DNA from: Balanoglossus misakiensis
Lineage: Eukaryota > Animalia > Hemichordata
Direction: 5' to 3'
NCBI GenBank assembly: GCA_040954595.2
Contig: CM082594.2
Coordinates: 7,819,573 to 7,883,572 of the forward strand
DNA: 64,000 nt
In this document: positions 22,401-38,377 of the stretch, one piece after another
Layout: every line of letters begins with the position of its first letter
How positions within the stretch are numbered: position 1 is the first letter of the stretch
Notes under the pieces: generated by a model
Told to the model about the DNA's origin: nothing
Database searches by the model: none
The model's input: the letters and a program-made list of their open reading frames with translations, nothing else
Position numbers and translations under genes: made by a program

Positions 22401-25400
22401 ATATCAACACTTGAGAAAGAACCAGTAGGTGATGTGAACATACCACCACAACCATCTCTGGGTCCTATAGGTGTTCAGAGTAAAAAATATTCTCATTACA
22501 GATAAATTTGTCAATAGACTTGCATTCAAGCATACAGGTATATACTAGTACTACCCCAGGTTCTTGAGTTCAATAGTCCTCCAGACTTTCAATGAAGTAT
22601 GTCAATTAAGATTTCCATCCAAGAACATTTTGCGCCATTGGAGTCGAGAGGCTTATAGCGAGGACACAATATGTCAAACTCACCATACGTTTCTCTGTAG
22701 GCAAATTTAAATCCGGGACCACCAACGGAGAAATCACTAATAAACATCACTGCTATCTGGTTGGATGTCGAGACCACTGTCTCCGGCAACTGATCGCCAC
22801 AGAGACGACCGGTCAAACTCGGCGAAGTGGTCAGCGGACCGTCATAGACTTCCACGTAATCATAGCGGCATTCAACATGGGCTTCTATTCCAATCATTTC
22901 CCATCTGTATCAGAGAAAATACTGTTAGATTCACATACAGGCAGATGCCCGAGTATTCTTTAGAAGACAAGCCTTGCATTAATAATCAGTTTTCATAAAT
23001 TGACTGCATGAGACCCCATACTTCAGTGGATCCAAAGGATTTACATAATAAAACGGAGAAAGACACGGTTGTATTTGTGACTTACTTGATTTCTATAACT
23101 TTATTTTCAGTAACGGTGACAAACCATGTACAGTTGGAGGCACTCCTGTAGATGTCCAGGTGAGGTGGAGTTTGCACTATGCCACTTGCTTCCGTGTAAG
23201 AACCACCACATCCTAGAGAAACAGATCGAAAATATTTTGAGTCTCAAATTATGCAAGGGTAGTCAACTCTCTACAAATTTCAGTCTCAGTGGAAAAGTCA
23301 TAGATTTTAGTATAAACAAACAAACAAATAAACAGACAAGTGAATATTGAGGTGAAAAAGAAATCTACTGTAAAACTCTGTTTTGAACAGAACACAGTCA
23401 GTTGATTGAGCACTAGTGGACTGTAATAGGCAGACCCTTTAATAATAGTTGGAAATTAACTTTTTTGACTAATACAATGCGATTGGTTAGTTTACATGGG
23501 AAAAAACAGGCAGTTGACATACCTTCCTCATAGGTAAGTCCAAACCCGGATCTTGTGGTTGATCGGTCAGTGTGGAACAGAATGAAAGCCGATCCTGTGA
23601 GTTCAACATCATCCGGTTTTTCACTGCCACACAGCTGGGCAACTTTCACACCGTTTCTGTCTGTTCCGCTGTAGACAGCCAGATAATCATAGTTGCACAA
23701 ACCATGAGCTGAAATAACAAACAGGGATAAAGCAGGTTAGCAGTCTTATTGCAAGATGAGGGATTTTCACAGAATGGCAGAAAATTGGGGATATAACACA
23801 TGTTAGCAAGGCCAAAGGTATCATCACTATAATGAACAGATGGCCGGAGAATTCTCTCCCATTAACAGAGGGGGGATATAGGCAATGAGTTAGTGTAATA
23901 TCAACCTACCTTCCAGATCAAATGTTGTATCAAATCTTATAATCATTGGTTTGGTGTCATCAAACTGGATTACATATTCGCAGTCCAAGTTGTTCGGGTA
24001 ATTTCGGATTCCAAATCCAGGGGATACAATGCGACCTTCGGGGTCAGTGTACGTAGCACCACAATCTGTACAGCACAGCAGATCAATTAATTTTCACAAG
24101 TATAAACTCGCAAGAAACAATATTTATGATCCTATGTCAGCAAACGTTTTTTTCAAATCACATAAACACAACAAAGCATTTGGAAATAGAGCATCATTCC
24201 TTTTCATTTCAGAAGCACGTAGAAGTCTCACCAGTATTCCAGGTAGCTGAGAACCCAGCGGCAGTGTTTGACGCATCAGAGTGGAACTTGATTCTGATTT
24301 CGTGGCTATTGGAGCGAATGTTCGTGGGAGCTGTGCTTCCACAATAATTGCCAATTGTAGGAGACTCACTGTCGGGACCATCTTGTATCTGAAATTTAAA
24401 GATTAAATAAATCATCAATTTGTGTACATTTTATTTTTGACACCTATTGTTTTTATATTGCAAAATTTATACATCACTGCATTACCTGCACATAGTCACC
24501 ACTGCAATCAGAAGGACCGTTCAAATTAAAAGCACTGAAGGTAAGTGTCACATGAAATCCGTGTTCGACAGTGATCTTCCAGATGCATTCCTCATTGGTG
24601 TTGTAGTTGCTTGGATGATTTGGAGTCTGGAAAGTTCCCGAGTCACTGTGGTAATTGCCACCACAACCTGAGAATAAATCACATCAGGAAACTGAAATCG
24701 GTGACATTTTGCAGTAAAAGTGTACAATTAAATTAAGCAAACTGGTAACATTGCGATAAAGGCCTTCAGACTATTCACAAAGGCACTTACCAGTTACTTC
24801 TGTTGTCCACTCCATTCGGAATCCTTGCATACTCTGACTGCTGTCAGTTTTGAAGATCATGAAGAGTTGATTGCTGGCCGTGATGAAGTGATCCGGGTGG
24901 GAATCTCCACACCAAGGAGTCTCTCCGGATATCTGCGGGGAATCGGGATGGCCGCCATTCCTGGCACTCAAGAAGTCAAATCTGCACTGGTCGTTGCTCT
25001 CAATCTCAAACGCTGTAAAAGTGCCCTGTGAGTGCCATAAGACAATTGTGGTTATGGATTTTGAACAAGCCATATTGGATCATATCTTGCCACAAAATGA
25101 TTGAACATTAAAAAATTTGTTGACTTACTTTGATGGCAGAACCCTCTGAAGCTTCAATCAGCCACGCGCACCTGTCATGATGATCGTAATTCCCTGGGAA
25201 GTTTGGACTCGATATGACACCAGTGTCGCTTGATATGTATCCTCCACATCCTGTGTAGCAGTAACAATAATTATGAAGATGGTGATGAAGAAGATGATGA
25301 TGATGATGATGATGATAATTATAAAGTACAGTGGCACTGGGTACAGATGTACATCATATTACCATGTCAACTCTTCAAGTAAAATTCCTACCAGGTTATA

Positions 25401-28273
25401 TCCACAAAAACAGACCAGGCATTCAAAACTGAAATCGTTTGATAAAGAAAGCTCTGGGTCGCACAGGAGCGATTCAAAATTTACAGGCTATAGAGAAAAC
25501 AAAACATTGTAACAAGAAAACAAGGCAATGTTTTCTCACCTTCCACAATCCAGTTAGCTCTGAAACCAGGCTTGTTCATTGTTCTGTCCGTACGGAATTT
25601 CACCCAGGTCGATCGTGTGGGAACCATGACGATGGGTGGAACGTCTTTGCCACAGTAGCGACCATATAGTGGAGCACTAATATCACTCCCTGGAACAAAA
25701 AAACACATTTTACTGTTATTTTCAAAATAAAGACAGTTCGTTGCAAAAAAAACACAAGAAACTGCAAATTGGAATTCAAAACACACACTTTACTATAGAT
25801 CACTTACCCATTCTGATTTCAACATAATCATATGCACAGTTTGTGCCAATTTCAAGATCAAAGTCTGTGAAAGTGAAGATGATGGAGCTGTTTTCTGTGG
25901 CCGCACTGTTGATCACCCAAATGCACTCCAGGTTGGAAGTATAGTTGGACACCCCCTGTCCTGGAGAAAAGATGGCCCCTGTTTCCCCTGGGTCAACATT
26001 ATATACTCCACCACAAGCTGAAATGAAAGGGAGAATTTTTAGTATATTATGCAATTATGCAATAATTTGAGTTAATTTTTATCAAATGACTGTAAACAGG
26101 GTGACATCTATCTATATTAATCTCTTCCATATAATCAAATGTAAGGCTATACTTTTGGACGATTTGGACTTTGATAACTGACAGAAAACTACAATTCCTG
26201 AAAAGTGCCTCTTTTGATGAAAGGCCATAAATCTACCTGATGCATCTTCAGACGTATACGTTGCCAGGAATCCTTCAAAGCTGACACTGGCATCCGACAC
26301 GAACCTGACCTTCATTTCATTTGCACTTGACTCCACCGGGCTGGGGATGGTCGTGCCACAGTACCTTCCCAGGGATGGTGCGTTGTCATCAATACCGTTG
26401 AAAACCTGTGGGCAATTACCAAATATGTTTCTTCAGTCAGAATGTGTCACAGTATTTTTTCCAATAAATATTTCTTCAAACTCTGTACTTGTCTTTTTTC
26501 TGTGTTACCCCACCTCCTGTCTTATCAGTTGCTAATCCAGAAAACAAGCTATTGTGTTTCTCATTAAGCACTTGCTAATGACTTAATCTGTGTACCCCAT
26601 TGACGGATTAAGTTGGTTAAGTAAACATTGGTGAAACAGTAGAAGATACCAGTTCTAACTGTAAGATACCAGTTCTAACTGTAGGTCTGTCATGACTATA
26701 TGTGAATGGTTTCTGAGCTGTATTGAATGAAGAAATATACAAACCTCAACATAGTCATAGTGACAAGTGGAACTCGTCTCAATGGCCAGATCTTCAAAGG
26801 TCAACTTGACCCTGTGTCCACTCGCCACTGTGATACGCCATTCACACACACGGGCGTGGGCGTAATGGCCGGGATAATTGGGAGACGAAAACGTTCCCGT
26901 GGGTGTGGTCAGATCACCGCCACAATCTGAAATAATGAAAAGCAACACGCATATACTGTAAGTACTGATGATGTGATACCCTGTGTTGTCACGGTTCTCT
27001 GATTGTCTTATCTTTTGATGATTCTACTCACTGACAAGTTTTCTGACCAAGAAGACTATTTAGAATATCTTTAAAATTATACATGATTGTCGCAAGGGTA
27101 GGTCATCTTCTTGCCCATGCCACTATTTCATCAAACAGCAAATTCAAACCGATTTCATCAGAAGTTTTTCATTTTGTTACTGCAGTACATGTCCTGTTCC
27201 ACATTGCAATACTGTATAGAATAATCTGGACAGCCAATCTACACCACACACCTACCTTCCACACTTGCAGTCCACTGTAAACTGAAACCACTGGAAGTGA
27301 CAGCGTTATCAGTCCGGAATACAATCTCAGCATAACTATCAGAAGTGTCAACAGCAGCAGGGATGGAAGCACCACAGTAAGTGGCCAGGAGTTCACCTAT
27401 CAGTAAAAACAAACGAATGTCACAAAACTTTCAAATACTGTTGTTATTTCGAAGATTTGTCCAGAATTAATTATGATCTTAAATCCTCGAATCCTTAGAA
27501 ATCAATTCAACGAGATTCCATCCCTTTTCATTTACCTGGATGCGTGATATTCCTTTCCCGGATTTCAACGTGATCGCCATTACAGGTGGTGTTATCACCA
27601 GCCAATGAAAAGGCATCAAAGCTGAGCGTCAAGTAATGTCCAGACGGCCCGCTAATTTTCCAGCTGCATTCCAAGTTGTTGGCATAGTTACTGGGATATT
27701 CCGGAGAGGTGATGGTTCCGGATGGGCCAGAGTATGTTCCACCACACGTTGCTGCATGAGAAAAATCAAAGTCTTAAACTATCTCTCATATTTTGCTCAA
27801 CGACGTTTTAGTTATTCTCTCTTAAAAATGACAATAAAAATTGGGGTCGCCGTGCAAAATTTTGTATGAGAGAGCAAAAATTGCTCCTATTTTGCTTAAA
27901 CCACTCTGTAAAATGAATAAGTCTGTTCAAACTCACTGCAGCCATGCACACATACATATGTATGTATGCATATATGTATTGCATATGTGTGTAGCAGTAT
28001 AGCCAACTCACCAATAGAATAGGTCAAACGGAAACCCTTGTTGGCAATGTTCTGGTCTGTACGGAACTTGAGATACAGTGAGTTGTCAGAGCTAACTATA
28101 GTGTCTGGCAAGGTGTTTCCGCACAGTTGGGCCAACAAGTCTGAATCACTGGAGCTTCCATCTCTCAACTGCAGGTAATCATATGCACAACTGAAAAAAA
28201 AAATATTTATCATCATTATATCTGTCATGTACTCAGTAAACACACACAGACACATACAGACACAGACACACGT

Positions 28274-28305
<32 letters not shown>

Positions 28306-31300
28306 ACACATATACACTGTTACAATACTTACTTGGCATGTCTCTCTATGTCAAAATCAGTAAAATCTATCTGGATTGCCTCGTTAGCTGGCGCAGTGAT
28401 TATCCACTCGCATTCAACACTGGATGGATAGTTGTCAGGATAGTTTAGAGAGGTGAGGATACCAGAGGGGCTGGCGTCAGTCAGTGTTATGGTGCCACCG
28501 CATCCTGAGAGAAATATACACACAAGGTGAGGTGTAAGCAGAGCTCTACAATTCTGTAATTTTCGGTAATTTTGTATGCTTCCATCAAACACAACTAGAT
28601 GTCTACAGACACTGAATACTGTGTTTGTCTCACAAACATGACATGTCAGTAAATTTATTCTGAAAGTAATTGATGTGAAAGTCCAACCTACCAGCTTCCA
28701 CTGCCCTGAAGTTGAGAACAAATCCACCTGCACTGCCAGCTCCGTCTGTGACAAACTGGATGTGCAATAAGTTGCTGCTGGTCTCAATTCCCGTAGGTGC
28801 AGTCGAGCCACAGTATGTGCCGATCACCGGCGATGAGCTGTCTTCACCGTTGTACAACTGTCAGGGAAGAGTGGAGAACAAAACATTGTGAATACGAATG
28901 ATGAAGAAGACACTGATATCACCAAATTACATCATAGATGTGATCTTGCAAAGTCATCTGTTGGCTTAGAAGATTGAAATATTTCAGCAATGAAAAATAT
29001 ACTAACAAAAGAAACAGCTACTGGGGCTTTCATCCTCATTATTCTTTTATTGTGAGACTGGATTTCAGCAATATGAAGGGTGTGTATTTCCCCATCCATA
29101 CATGTATTTCCCCTTGTTAACTTGTCCACTTTTGCACATAGTGTATCAACTTCAGATCAACCTTTGCACTCATGAAATCCCCCTGCACGGAATTTCTATA
29201 AACTGCTATTCCTAGCAACTCAAATGACAGGGAATGGTGATATATACCTTCAGGTAGTCAATGGTACAGCTGGTTCCACTTCCCTGGATTTCAAAGAGGC
29301 TGAACGTGACAGCAATTGTCGATCCTGCTGGAGTTTCCACGGTCCACTCACAGTTCATATTGTCCAAGTAGTTGCCAGGGTAACCAGGACTGGGGAGCCT
29401 TCCGGAACCAGAGACCAGTCGTCCGCCGCAAACTACAAAAGTTGAAATTGTGATGTGCAATGTTAAAGGGACAAACAAAAGTCAGAGAAATACACAATCA
29501 AGTACATGTATACACAAACTAAATGTTGACTCATATCACCGAATTTGAACTGAGTTCCCTCTTTAAAGGTCCAACCTTACCAGAGAAAACAATGGATTTG
29601 GACTGGACCATAATGGTGAAAGGGTTAATTAATTTACCTTGTTGATATGTGGCAGAGAAACCGGTTCCATTGAGAGACTGATCACTGAAGAATTTCACCA
29701 ACATGGCCTCTCCCGATGAAAACACAGGGGCAAGGTTTGTCTGCACACCACACTGAGTTCCTAGGAGTGTATCTTCAGAGTCACCTGTACGGACATTAAC
29801 AAAAGGACGTCAAATCACTTATCTGTATGTGAAAAATTATATGATAATAGCATATTGGCTCTATCTTTGAAGCAAAGTTTATAACTGATCCATCAAATGA
29901 CAAATCTTACCATCATAGATGGCTACACCATCATAGGCACAGGTTGCACTTCCTTCAGTGTTGAGATCAGTGATTTGTAACTTCACAACAGTTGCGAAGG
30001 CAGCTTGGATTACCCACATACAATTCAGATTGCGGTCGTAGCCATACGGGTACCCAGGTGAAGTGAACGTCTGAGGCGAGGCTGTTGTATACAAAGCTGT
30101 CCCACACTCAACTGAAAATAATCAACAAATAAACTTATGTCTCAAAAGCCAAAACATTTATTTCTCACCCCCTGGCAAAACCCTGAAAAACGTTTGACAT
30201 GCTGTACATGTATGTAACTAATGAAGCATTAATTTTTTGTAGGTCATTATGTTCAGACTGACCTGGACTGACAGAGGGTGGTGGAGCACTCGGACCACCA
30301 TCCACTTGATTCCAATCCAGAAGGAAGCCAGTGTTATAAACGGAGTAATCTGTGCGGAACTTGACGTAGAGAACATTCCCAGTGCTGTAAATTGGATCCG
30401 GGATCACTTCTCCGCATACCTTTGCTATCAGTGCCGACTCTGCACTTGGACCATCATTGAACTTGGAAAGAAAAGAATGCATACATATACGTCAGTTTCA
30501 TTTGAGTTGGATGGATGGATAGATGGATGGGTGGGTGGATGGATGGATTGATGGGCAAACGACCCAAAAAAACAAACAGAAAGACAGACACAGAAAGATG
30601 GTTGGACAGATGGACCGACGGACGGATAGAGACTCAACCATCGCTCAGTATATGCCTCTCTGAAATTTATCTATCTGTTAGACCCTCACCTGAACATAAT
30701 CATATCTGCACGGAATGGACTCCTCCAAAGCAAACGCTTGGAAAGTAATCTTGATTCTCTGGCCAAACGCCACTGTAATCGTCCATTCCACATTCAACGC
30801 TGGCCCGTATTGGGTCGGGTATCCCGGAGACGCGATCTGTCCAGTGGGCCCAGTGAGATCACCGCCGGCAACTGAAAAGATTGTAGCCATTGAAACGTCA
30901 GGAACTATGATACTGAACTTGACATAGAGAGAACGATTCATTTCCAAGGGTACAATATCCTACCAGATCTAAGGTATTTTAGTGGATGGAAATTTTTCTA
31001 AAAGGACGGCATATAAAACACACCTATTGAATAGGCTGCCATGAAACCAATACCAGTTCTTTGTGTATTCGAACGGAACTTGACCCATAAGGCGTAGGTA
31101 GCTGTGATGTTTGTGGGCGGAGTGTTGCCACAGTAACGACCATCCATGACGCCGTTTTCATCACCTTGCCTAACTTCAATGTAGTCGTTCTGGCAATTGA
31201 CAGCTGGTTCAATATCAAACAAGCTGCAAGAAAAAATAGAAAATGGTGATGAAGAACATGTAGCGAGAAGTAATGGCTCTATAGACATAATGCATACACA

Positions 31301-34300
31301 CAGAGATAACCATGTCTTGAGCAAATCCGTCATATTACAAATGAAGCAGAAATGTACCTGAAGACAAGAAGAACTTGATTTCCAGGCGCGGGTGTGATGG
31401 TCCATACACACTCAATGTCATTAGGGTAATTATTAGGATACATGGGACTGTTGAAGGCTCCATTCAGGGAAGTGAAATCTCCTCCACATCCTGCAAGAAA
31501 ATCACAATCATTGAGGATTGTTCTGTTGAATAATTTGTGAGATAACAGTAAAAACATGTGAAAACCTAGTACAGGAATATGCGTGACCTCTGTTCTTTTG
31601 ACACGTTTTTGTCTCTATACTGCTGTCTGTTTGAACTGTCAGTTTCACTAATCGATATGCACAAGACTTTTCTCTATCGAGTGATGCACTTTTCCAAACA
31701 TGACATACCTGATGTTGATGTTGTGTATCTACCAAAGAAACCGGTCCTCTGTATGTTTCCGTCAGAGTGAAACGTGACGTGCAGCGCATTGCCAGTGGAT
31801 GTAATGGTCGCCGGGATGGTGTTGCCGCAGTAACGCCCGACAACCGGAGCATTCGCATCGTTCCCGTTTCTCACTATCACGTAGTCATGGCTACACTGGA
31901 CATTTTCCTCGAGATCCATGTGGGTGAAGGTAAGAGACACTTTATCACTTGGATTGGGTGACTCCAAAATCCATGTGCAGTTGGAAAGAGCTGGGTAGGG
32001 TTCAGGGAAATTGGTAGTCTGAATGGCCCCATCAATTGTAGGATCCAAACGTCCACCGCAACCTTTGGGCGATAAAAAAAATGCATAACAAATACATGTA
32101 ACTCAAAAATCAATCATATTTCTCACAAATATGGTAGTTACAAAATAATATGTCAAACCTGTTTCATATGTTGCTCTGAATCCAGTGGCTGTGATGGATC
32201 CATCTGTGCGCATGTGGACAAACATGGCACTGTAAGTTGATTCGATAGTTGCATTTTCAGGCAAGCCCTGACCACAGTGTGTCAACAAGAGCTGGCTGTT
32301 TGCGTCTGGGCCGTCATATACCTACAGAGGAAAGGATACCATATTTATCGTTACAGTAATGTTAGCTATTTCTCCAGCATTGAAGCAGAAAAGTTGGAAG
32401 AAAATGCCTTGATTTGTTGATACTTACTTTGACATAGTCATAGGTACAAACTTGTTCGCTGGACGGTCCCTCAACATTAAAGTCCAAGAATGTTAGGATG
32501 ACATGGTGATTGTGTTCCACGTTGATCAGCCATGTACAGTCAGTGCTTGGATCATAAAGCTCAGGGTAATTTTTAGAATGAATTTCACCACTGTCTGCTG
32601 AGAAGTTTCCTCCACAACCTAAGAATTTTTGAAATAGAAAAAATATAGCTCATTAAAACTTCGTGTGGCTGCATTATTGTGTGGCACAATTTTGTCACAG
32701 GAATGGTGACAGACATGATCATTTTGTACCAAAGTGGTGCCTTTGGGAATAAAACAAATTGCCCAAATAATGCTGAAAGTGATGTCTCTTCAAAAAAAAA
32801 ACAAGAGGAATTTTCTACCTCCTTCAACTTCTTTGTACGACGCATGGAAACCTCTGCCAACAATGGAACCATCACTGACCAGCCGAAGGAACATACGATT
32901 GCCTGTGCTGGCCACATGCTGTCCTGCTGTTTGTTGATGGCACAGGGATGTCAGTAAGGGCGCAGTCTCATCACCACCACCATAGATCTGTTCAAAATGC
33001 ATACACAAGAATAACCTTACAGTTTGAAGTCAAAATTTGATGGTTAATCAGAAAATTGCATATCCGGCCGGCCCTATTGTCAATAACTTGTCACACAAAT
33101 GGTTTCCTCCTGTTTGCCAAGTGTCATGATTTACATGTTATTTTTGGTTCATGTAAATTGTCAATGGTGTGGTTCAACATTTGGGACCATGCTCGAACAC
33201 AATAAAGCCTAAAGACTGTGAGAAGATTAAAGATACTCTAATTGTCCCCAAACACATTTACCCTGGGACCAAACACATCCTGGTATTGACAAAGTCATCC
33301 TCACTCACTCACCCGTAGGGCATCGTATGTACAATCGTCACTTCCTTCCAGATGTATGTCGTTGACCACCAACTGAATACTGTTGCCGGGGGTGACAGTA
33401 ATGCTCCATTCACAGTGCTGGTTTCTCGGATACTCGCTGGGATAATTTGGACTGGTGATGTTACCACTTGGACCGGTGAGTTCACCCCCACAACCTGTTG
33501 AGAGGAAATGAAAAATCGTCAAAAAAATCGTCAAGAGTCTGTCAGTTTGCAATTCAAGAATTCATACTTTGCAATCTATTATTTGAATTATTCATTTGCA
33601 ATCTTACCGTCCACAATCCATTCAGCACGGAATCCATTGCCGGCCTGAGATGCGTCAGACACAAATCGAATCCTCAAAAACTCTCCAGTAGAAGCAAATG
33701 GTCCTGGAATTTGTGACTGGCCACAGAATTTGCCAAGCTCAGGAGCAGTTGTGTCTTCGCCATCATGAATCTGTGGAAGGAAACTTATACTATTAGTATG
33801 ACAACCATAATCAGGATTAGATAATAGTTAGGAGACCAGTTGAATTTCAATTCTAAGAATTTCGCACTTAATCTCTAAGATAGCTTGATAGACGTATTAT
33901 CTGAACAGCTCTCAAAACATCATGTCGTGATGTAGCGTTTGTTTATGTCATTAGATAAAGCTTCGTTTTGGCACTTTTGGGGAAAATGTCAAGAAAATAA
34001 CAAAGTTGTAATAGCGTTTCTTGTAAATTTTACAAAGGCTATGGAATGTGAGACACGTTACCTGTGGGTGTAGTTGTCTAACTTTATACCCTTTCACCCC
34101 CAGTTCTCTCTTAGAGGTTCAACCTTCCCATAGAGAACAATGGGTTTGGACTGCACCATGGTGGTGACAGGGTTTAATTTCTTCCACATACCTGAATGTA
34201 GTCGTACTGGCAACTAGCATGCTCTTCAAGGTGGAAATTGGTGAATGTCATGTTGATGGTGTTTCCCAAAGTGGCCGTAATAACCCAGACACAATCACGA

Positions 34301-37300
34301 GCGGATGGATACGGATCAGGCCAATTGGGACTCTCGATGGCTCCAGCCATTCCTTTGAGACGTTGGTTACAATCTGTTGCAAGAGAAAGTAGATCATAAA
34401 CATTTAGATCTCGAGAAAACAGTACGAGATTTGACCTTATCTGAAAAGATAGTTTGAGGTTGTTGTTTTTGACAAATCAGTCGCTTTGAGACAACATACA
34501 TACCTGCATGGAATGACGCGTAGAATCCACCACCAGAGTTGGAATAATCAGTTCTGAACTTCACATACATCACATTACTGGTAGAAGAGACTGGAACAGG
34601 AATCTGTCCGCTGCATAGACTCTCCAAGATCGGTGAAGATTCATCCTCACCATCATAAACCTGTGAGAAGAAGAAAACTGCGGTCTTTAGTATACAACAT
34701 CAAATGTGACATTCATTAGTTTTATTTCAGTTCATAGTGATTTTTTAAAATAAAATTGATAAAAAATGTCCTAAAAAGAAAAATATTATTTTGTCATCCA
34801 TCCATCCATACATGTACATGTACCAGTACATACATGTCCACCCACTCATTCTTGTATGTTTGCTGTTCTGAATGACACTTACCCGTACGTAATCATAATT
34901 ACAACTTGAGTGAGATTCCAAATCAAAATCTACGAAATAGAGAGTGATCACACTGCCGCCTGCAACACGAATAATCCATACACACTCTGCATTGTGACCG
35001 TACGGCATGGGATAGTTCGGTGAAGTGAAGCTTCCACTCGGGCCAGACAACTCGGCTCCGCATCCTGTGAAGACAAAGTATCAACTATTAGTGGAACATG
35101 TATCCCTTACAAAAACATTTAGTAGACATCTATAGAATTCTATAGCCTATTGAATTTCTACAGAAGTTTACAAAATTTCTATGGACATTTAAAGATTTCT
35201 ATGTAGTTTTGGACCCTTTTTCTGTTGAATTTTATAGAAGCATCAAAATCTACAGGATGCTATAGAACTCTATAGAAATTTTTTTGTCTCTTACCTGTTG
35301 CAGTTGCATCGTACTGAATTCTGAAACCCCTGCCCGACAGGGAAGCATCGCTCTTGAATTTGATATAGAGACGGTTGCTATGAGACGGGAATAGGCTGGG
35401 GCTAGCCTCTGTGCCACAAAATGTTCCTATCAACGGGGAAGAGGAGTAACCACCATTCCTGCAAAAAAAATTAAAGTTAGTCGTTCTGTTTGATAAAAAA
35501 TGGTGGTTAGGATATTCCTTTCATGCAGATCAAAACCATTTTCATGATAATGTATCACACAAAGCAAAATGTAGAAATTATCAACCCCCCAACATGCCAG
35601 GCATCTTGTGGTGATGAAATTCCCCTGATGCCAATTTCTGCAGCCTTACCTAATCTCCAGGTAGTCGTAGTTACAGCTGGCATGGTACTCCATGTCAATA
35701 TCTGTGATGTTCACCATGATTTGATTGCCATCCGGGGCTGTGATTGTCCAGACGCATTCCCGGTGGGATTCGTAGTTTGCCGGATAATTTGGAGACGAGA
35801 TCACACCTGTGTTGGCCACCAAGTCACCTCCACATGCTGAGAACGGAAAATGGAAACATTTTCTCAGCCATTACTTGTTTCAAATTTTTCATTCCAAACC
35901 AATTTTCTAAAGGATTATGAAGCAAAATTAAACTTACAAGTAGATGTATCCATGGTAATGTAAGATGCACTAAATCCTTCTTGGCTGATACTGCTGTCTG
36001 TTACAAACAAGATTGTCATCATATTACTGATTGACGTGATCGATGGTGGGATGGATGAACCACAGAACCTGAAATGCGAAGAGAAGGAATCATTATAAAT
36101 CCAGCATTTTCCAATAAATATCTCAAAACCTGTTTCTTCCACCTTTGTTTTCATCAGGATTGTCATGGAAACCTTACTAACCTTCCTCTTGAGCCACACC
36201 CCGAAGTGGTACAATTATCAAAGACTTCGACGTAATCATATCTGCAGGTTGGTTGAGCCTCCAGCTCAAAGGAGTTGAATGTCAAGCGTATGATGTACCC
36301 GACTTCTGCCTGTATGATGTAGGTACACCTTACACCGTGCGGATACTCGTTGGGATGACTTGGTGAAGCGAAAATTCCAATGGGAGTGGTGAAAGTACCA
36401 CCACACTGACCTGTCATGGAATGCACATGCCATAATATTAAACACAAATGGCTGCTATGAACTTTTTATGATACAGGGATTGCATTGCATTTTCTCCTGG
36501 ATCTTGACCATGTCACAAAACTTCAAATTATCATTTCATGATATGAAAACTGTACTTGATCACCATCACAATTTGCCCATGAATTGCCCATTGCATTGTA
36601 CGTATTGTATTGCATTGTACTGTATTTTAATCGAGTGTATTGTATTGTATTGTATTGTATTGTATTGTATTGTATTGTATTGTATTGTATTGTATTGTAT
36701 TGTATTGTATTGCATTGCATTGCATTGCATTGCATTGTATTGCATTGTATTGTATTGTATTGTATTGTATTGTATTGTATCAAAAACTCAATGAACCCTC
36801 CCTCCCCTTATGGATGACAAAGTGCATTTCATTTACCTGTGCCACCTCCCGATGTAGTGTACGTAGCCCTGAAGCCATGGTTTGCCACACTGCCATCAGA
36901 CACAAACTTCAAGTACATCGCATTCTGGGTTGTTGTTACAGGCGCTGGCACAGACGACCCACAGAATTTACCAATCAGTGGTGCGTCACTAGCCTCTCCA
37001 TCACGTATCTGGGGAGAATTCATGAAAAATATTCACTGTATCAAGACATTTTCACTTATTTTCATTCAACAAACGAAACTGGCAGATTAATTATAAAAAG
37101 CAGTAAACAGAACAGCTTTCCTGGCCTACTGTTGTAAAAACAAAATCATGCCATTTATATATGGTGAAAAGTGGTTAACTATGCAACTGGTTTGACTTAC
37201 TTCCACATAGTCATAAATGCAATTAACTGAGTTGCCCTCAACGTCAAAGGTCGCAAAGGTCAAGGTGATGACATTGCCTGGTTCTTGCTGGATCACATAT

Positions 37301-38266
37301 TCACACGTCTTCTCATGAGGGTACGGGTCGGGGAAGTAAGGCGATGTCAGCTCACCAGTAGATTCAGTGAAAACACCACCACAAGCTAGAAAAAAAAATA
37401 TACCCAAGTAAAGATTTTTTATAAGAGCCAGATAAAGGAAATCTAGTGTATCATTTATGTCTTATAAGCCTTGTATAGTCTGTGTTGAACCACTGTCTAT
37501 CTGCTATACTTTGCTTGGTCTTCGCCAGTCTCAAGACAATTAATAAAACAAATTTGCAATCTTCACTTAATGTGTGGTCATTAAGTGTTAAGTCTCTCTC
37601 AATCTGCTACTTACGGATTGTGTATTCGGCTCTAAATCCAGTTCCAGCACTTGAGCCGTCAGAATTGAACTTAATCCAGAGGGTGTTGCCGCTTGTATAA
37701 ACTGGAGGAGGGAGAGTGCTGCCACAGTAACGGCCGATGAAATCTGCTGTTGAATCTTCACCATCGCGAAGCTGATGGGTACCACATGTTATAAATACAT
37801 GTCAGAAACATTCTCACTATAATACTTCAAGCAGACATTCAATTGAATCATGTACAGGATAAACGTTGTAAAGAGGTAGGAATTGTTGCATGTTTTGTTC
37901 GTTTACAAACAATATATAATTCTAGAAATGATAAATCAATAAAAGTATCTCAAGAATATGGCACCTGGAGACAATAAATTGATTTCTCCATCATGCACCA
38001 GTGGTGCAGACCTTGATATAATAATAGTAATATTAGTACTATGTTAGTGACGAGATAATTAACCCACCTCAATGTAATCATATCTACAGTTGGATTGTGC
38101 TTCAAGATCAATGTCTGTCATAGTTAAGGCCACAGACTCTCCTTCTGGTACTTCAACAACCCAGATACATGTCTGGAAGTGCGGGTAAGGGTTCGGCCAA
38201 TTGGGTGAGATGATCACAGCTGACTCGTCTGTGAGACGGCCACCACAGTTGCCAACTACAGAAACG

Positions 38267-38301
<35 letters not shown>

Positions 38302-38345
38302 GTCATCATCATCATCACCACCCTCATCATCATCATCATCACCAC

Positions 38346-38377
<32 letters not shown>

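Noticed and set aside
36468-37137. ORFs with YCIVL / IQYNT repeats
   Set aside because: Translations of the (TATTG)n microsatellite.
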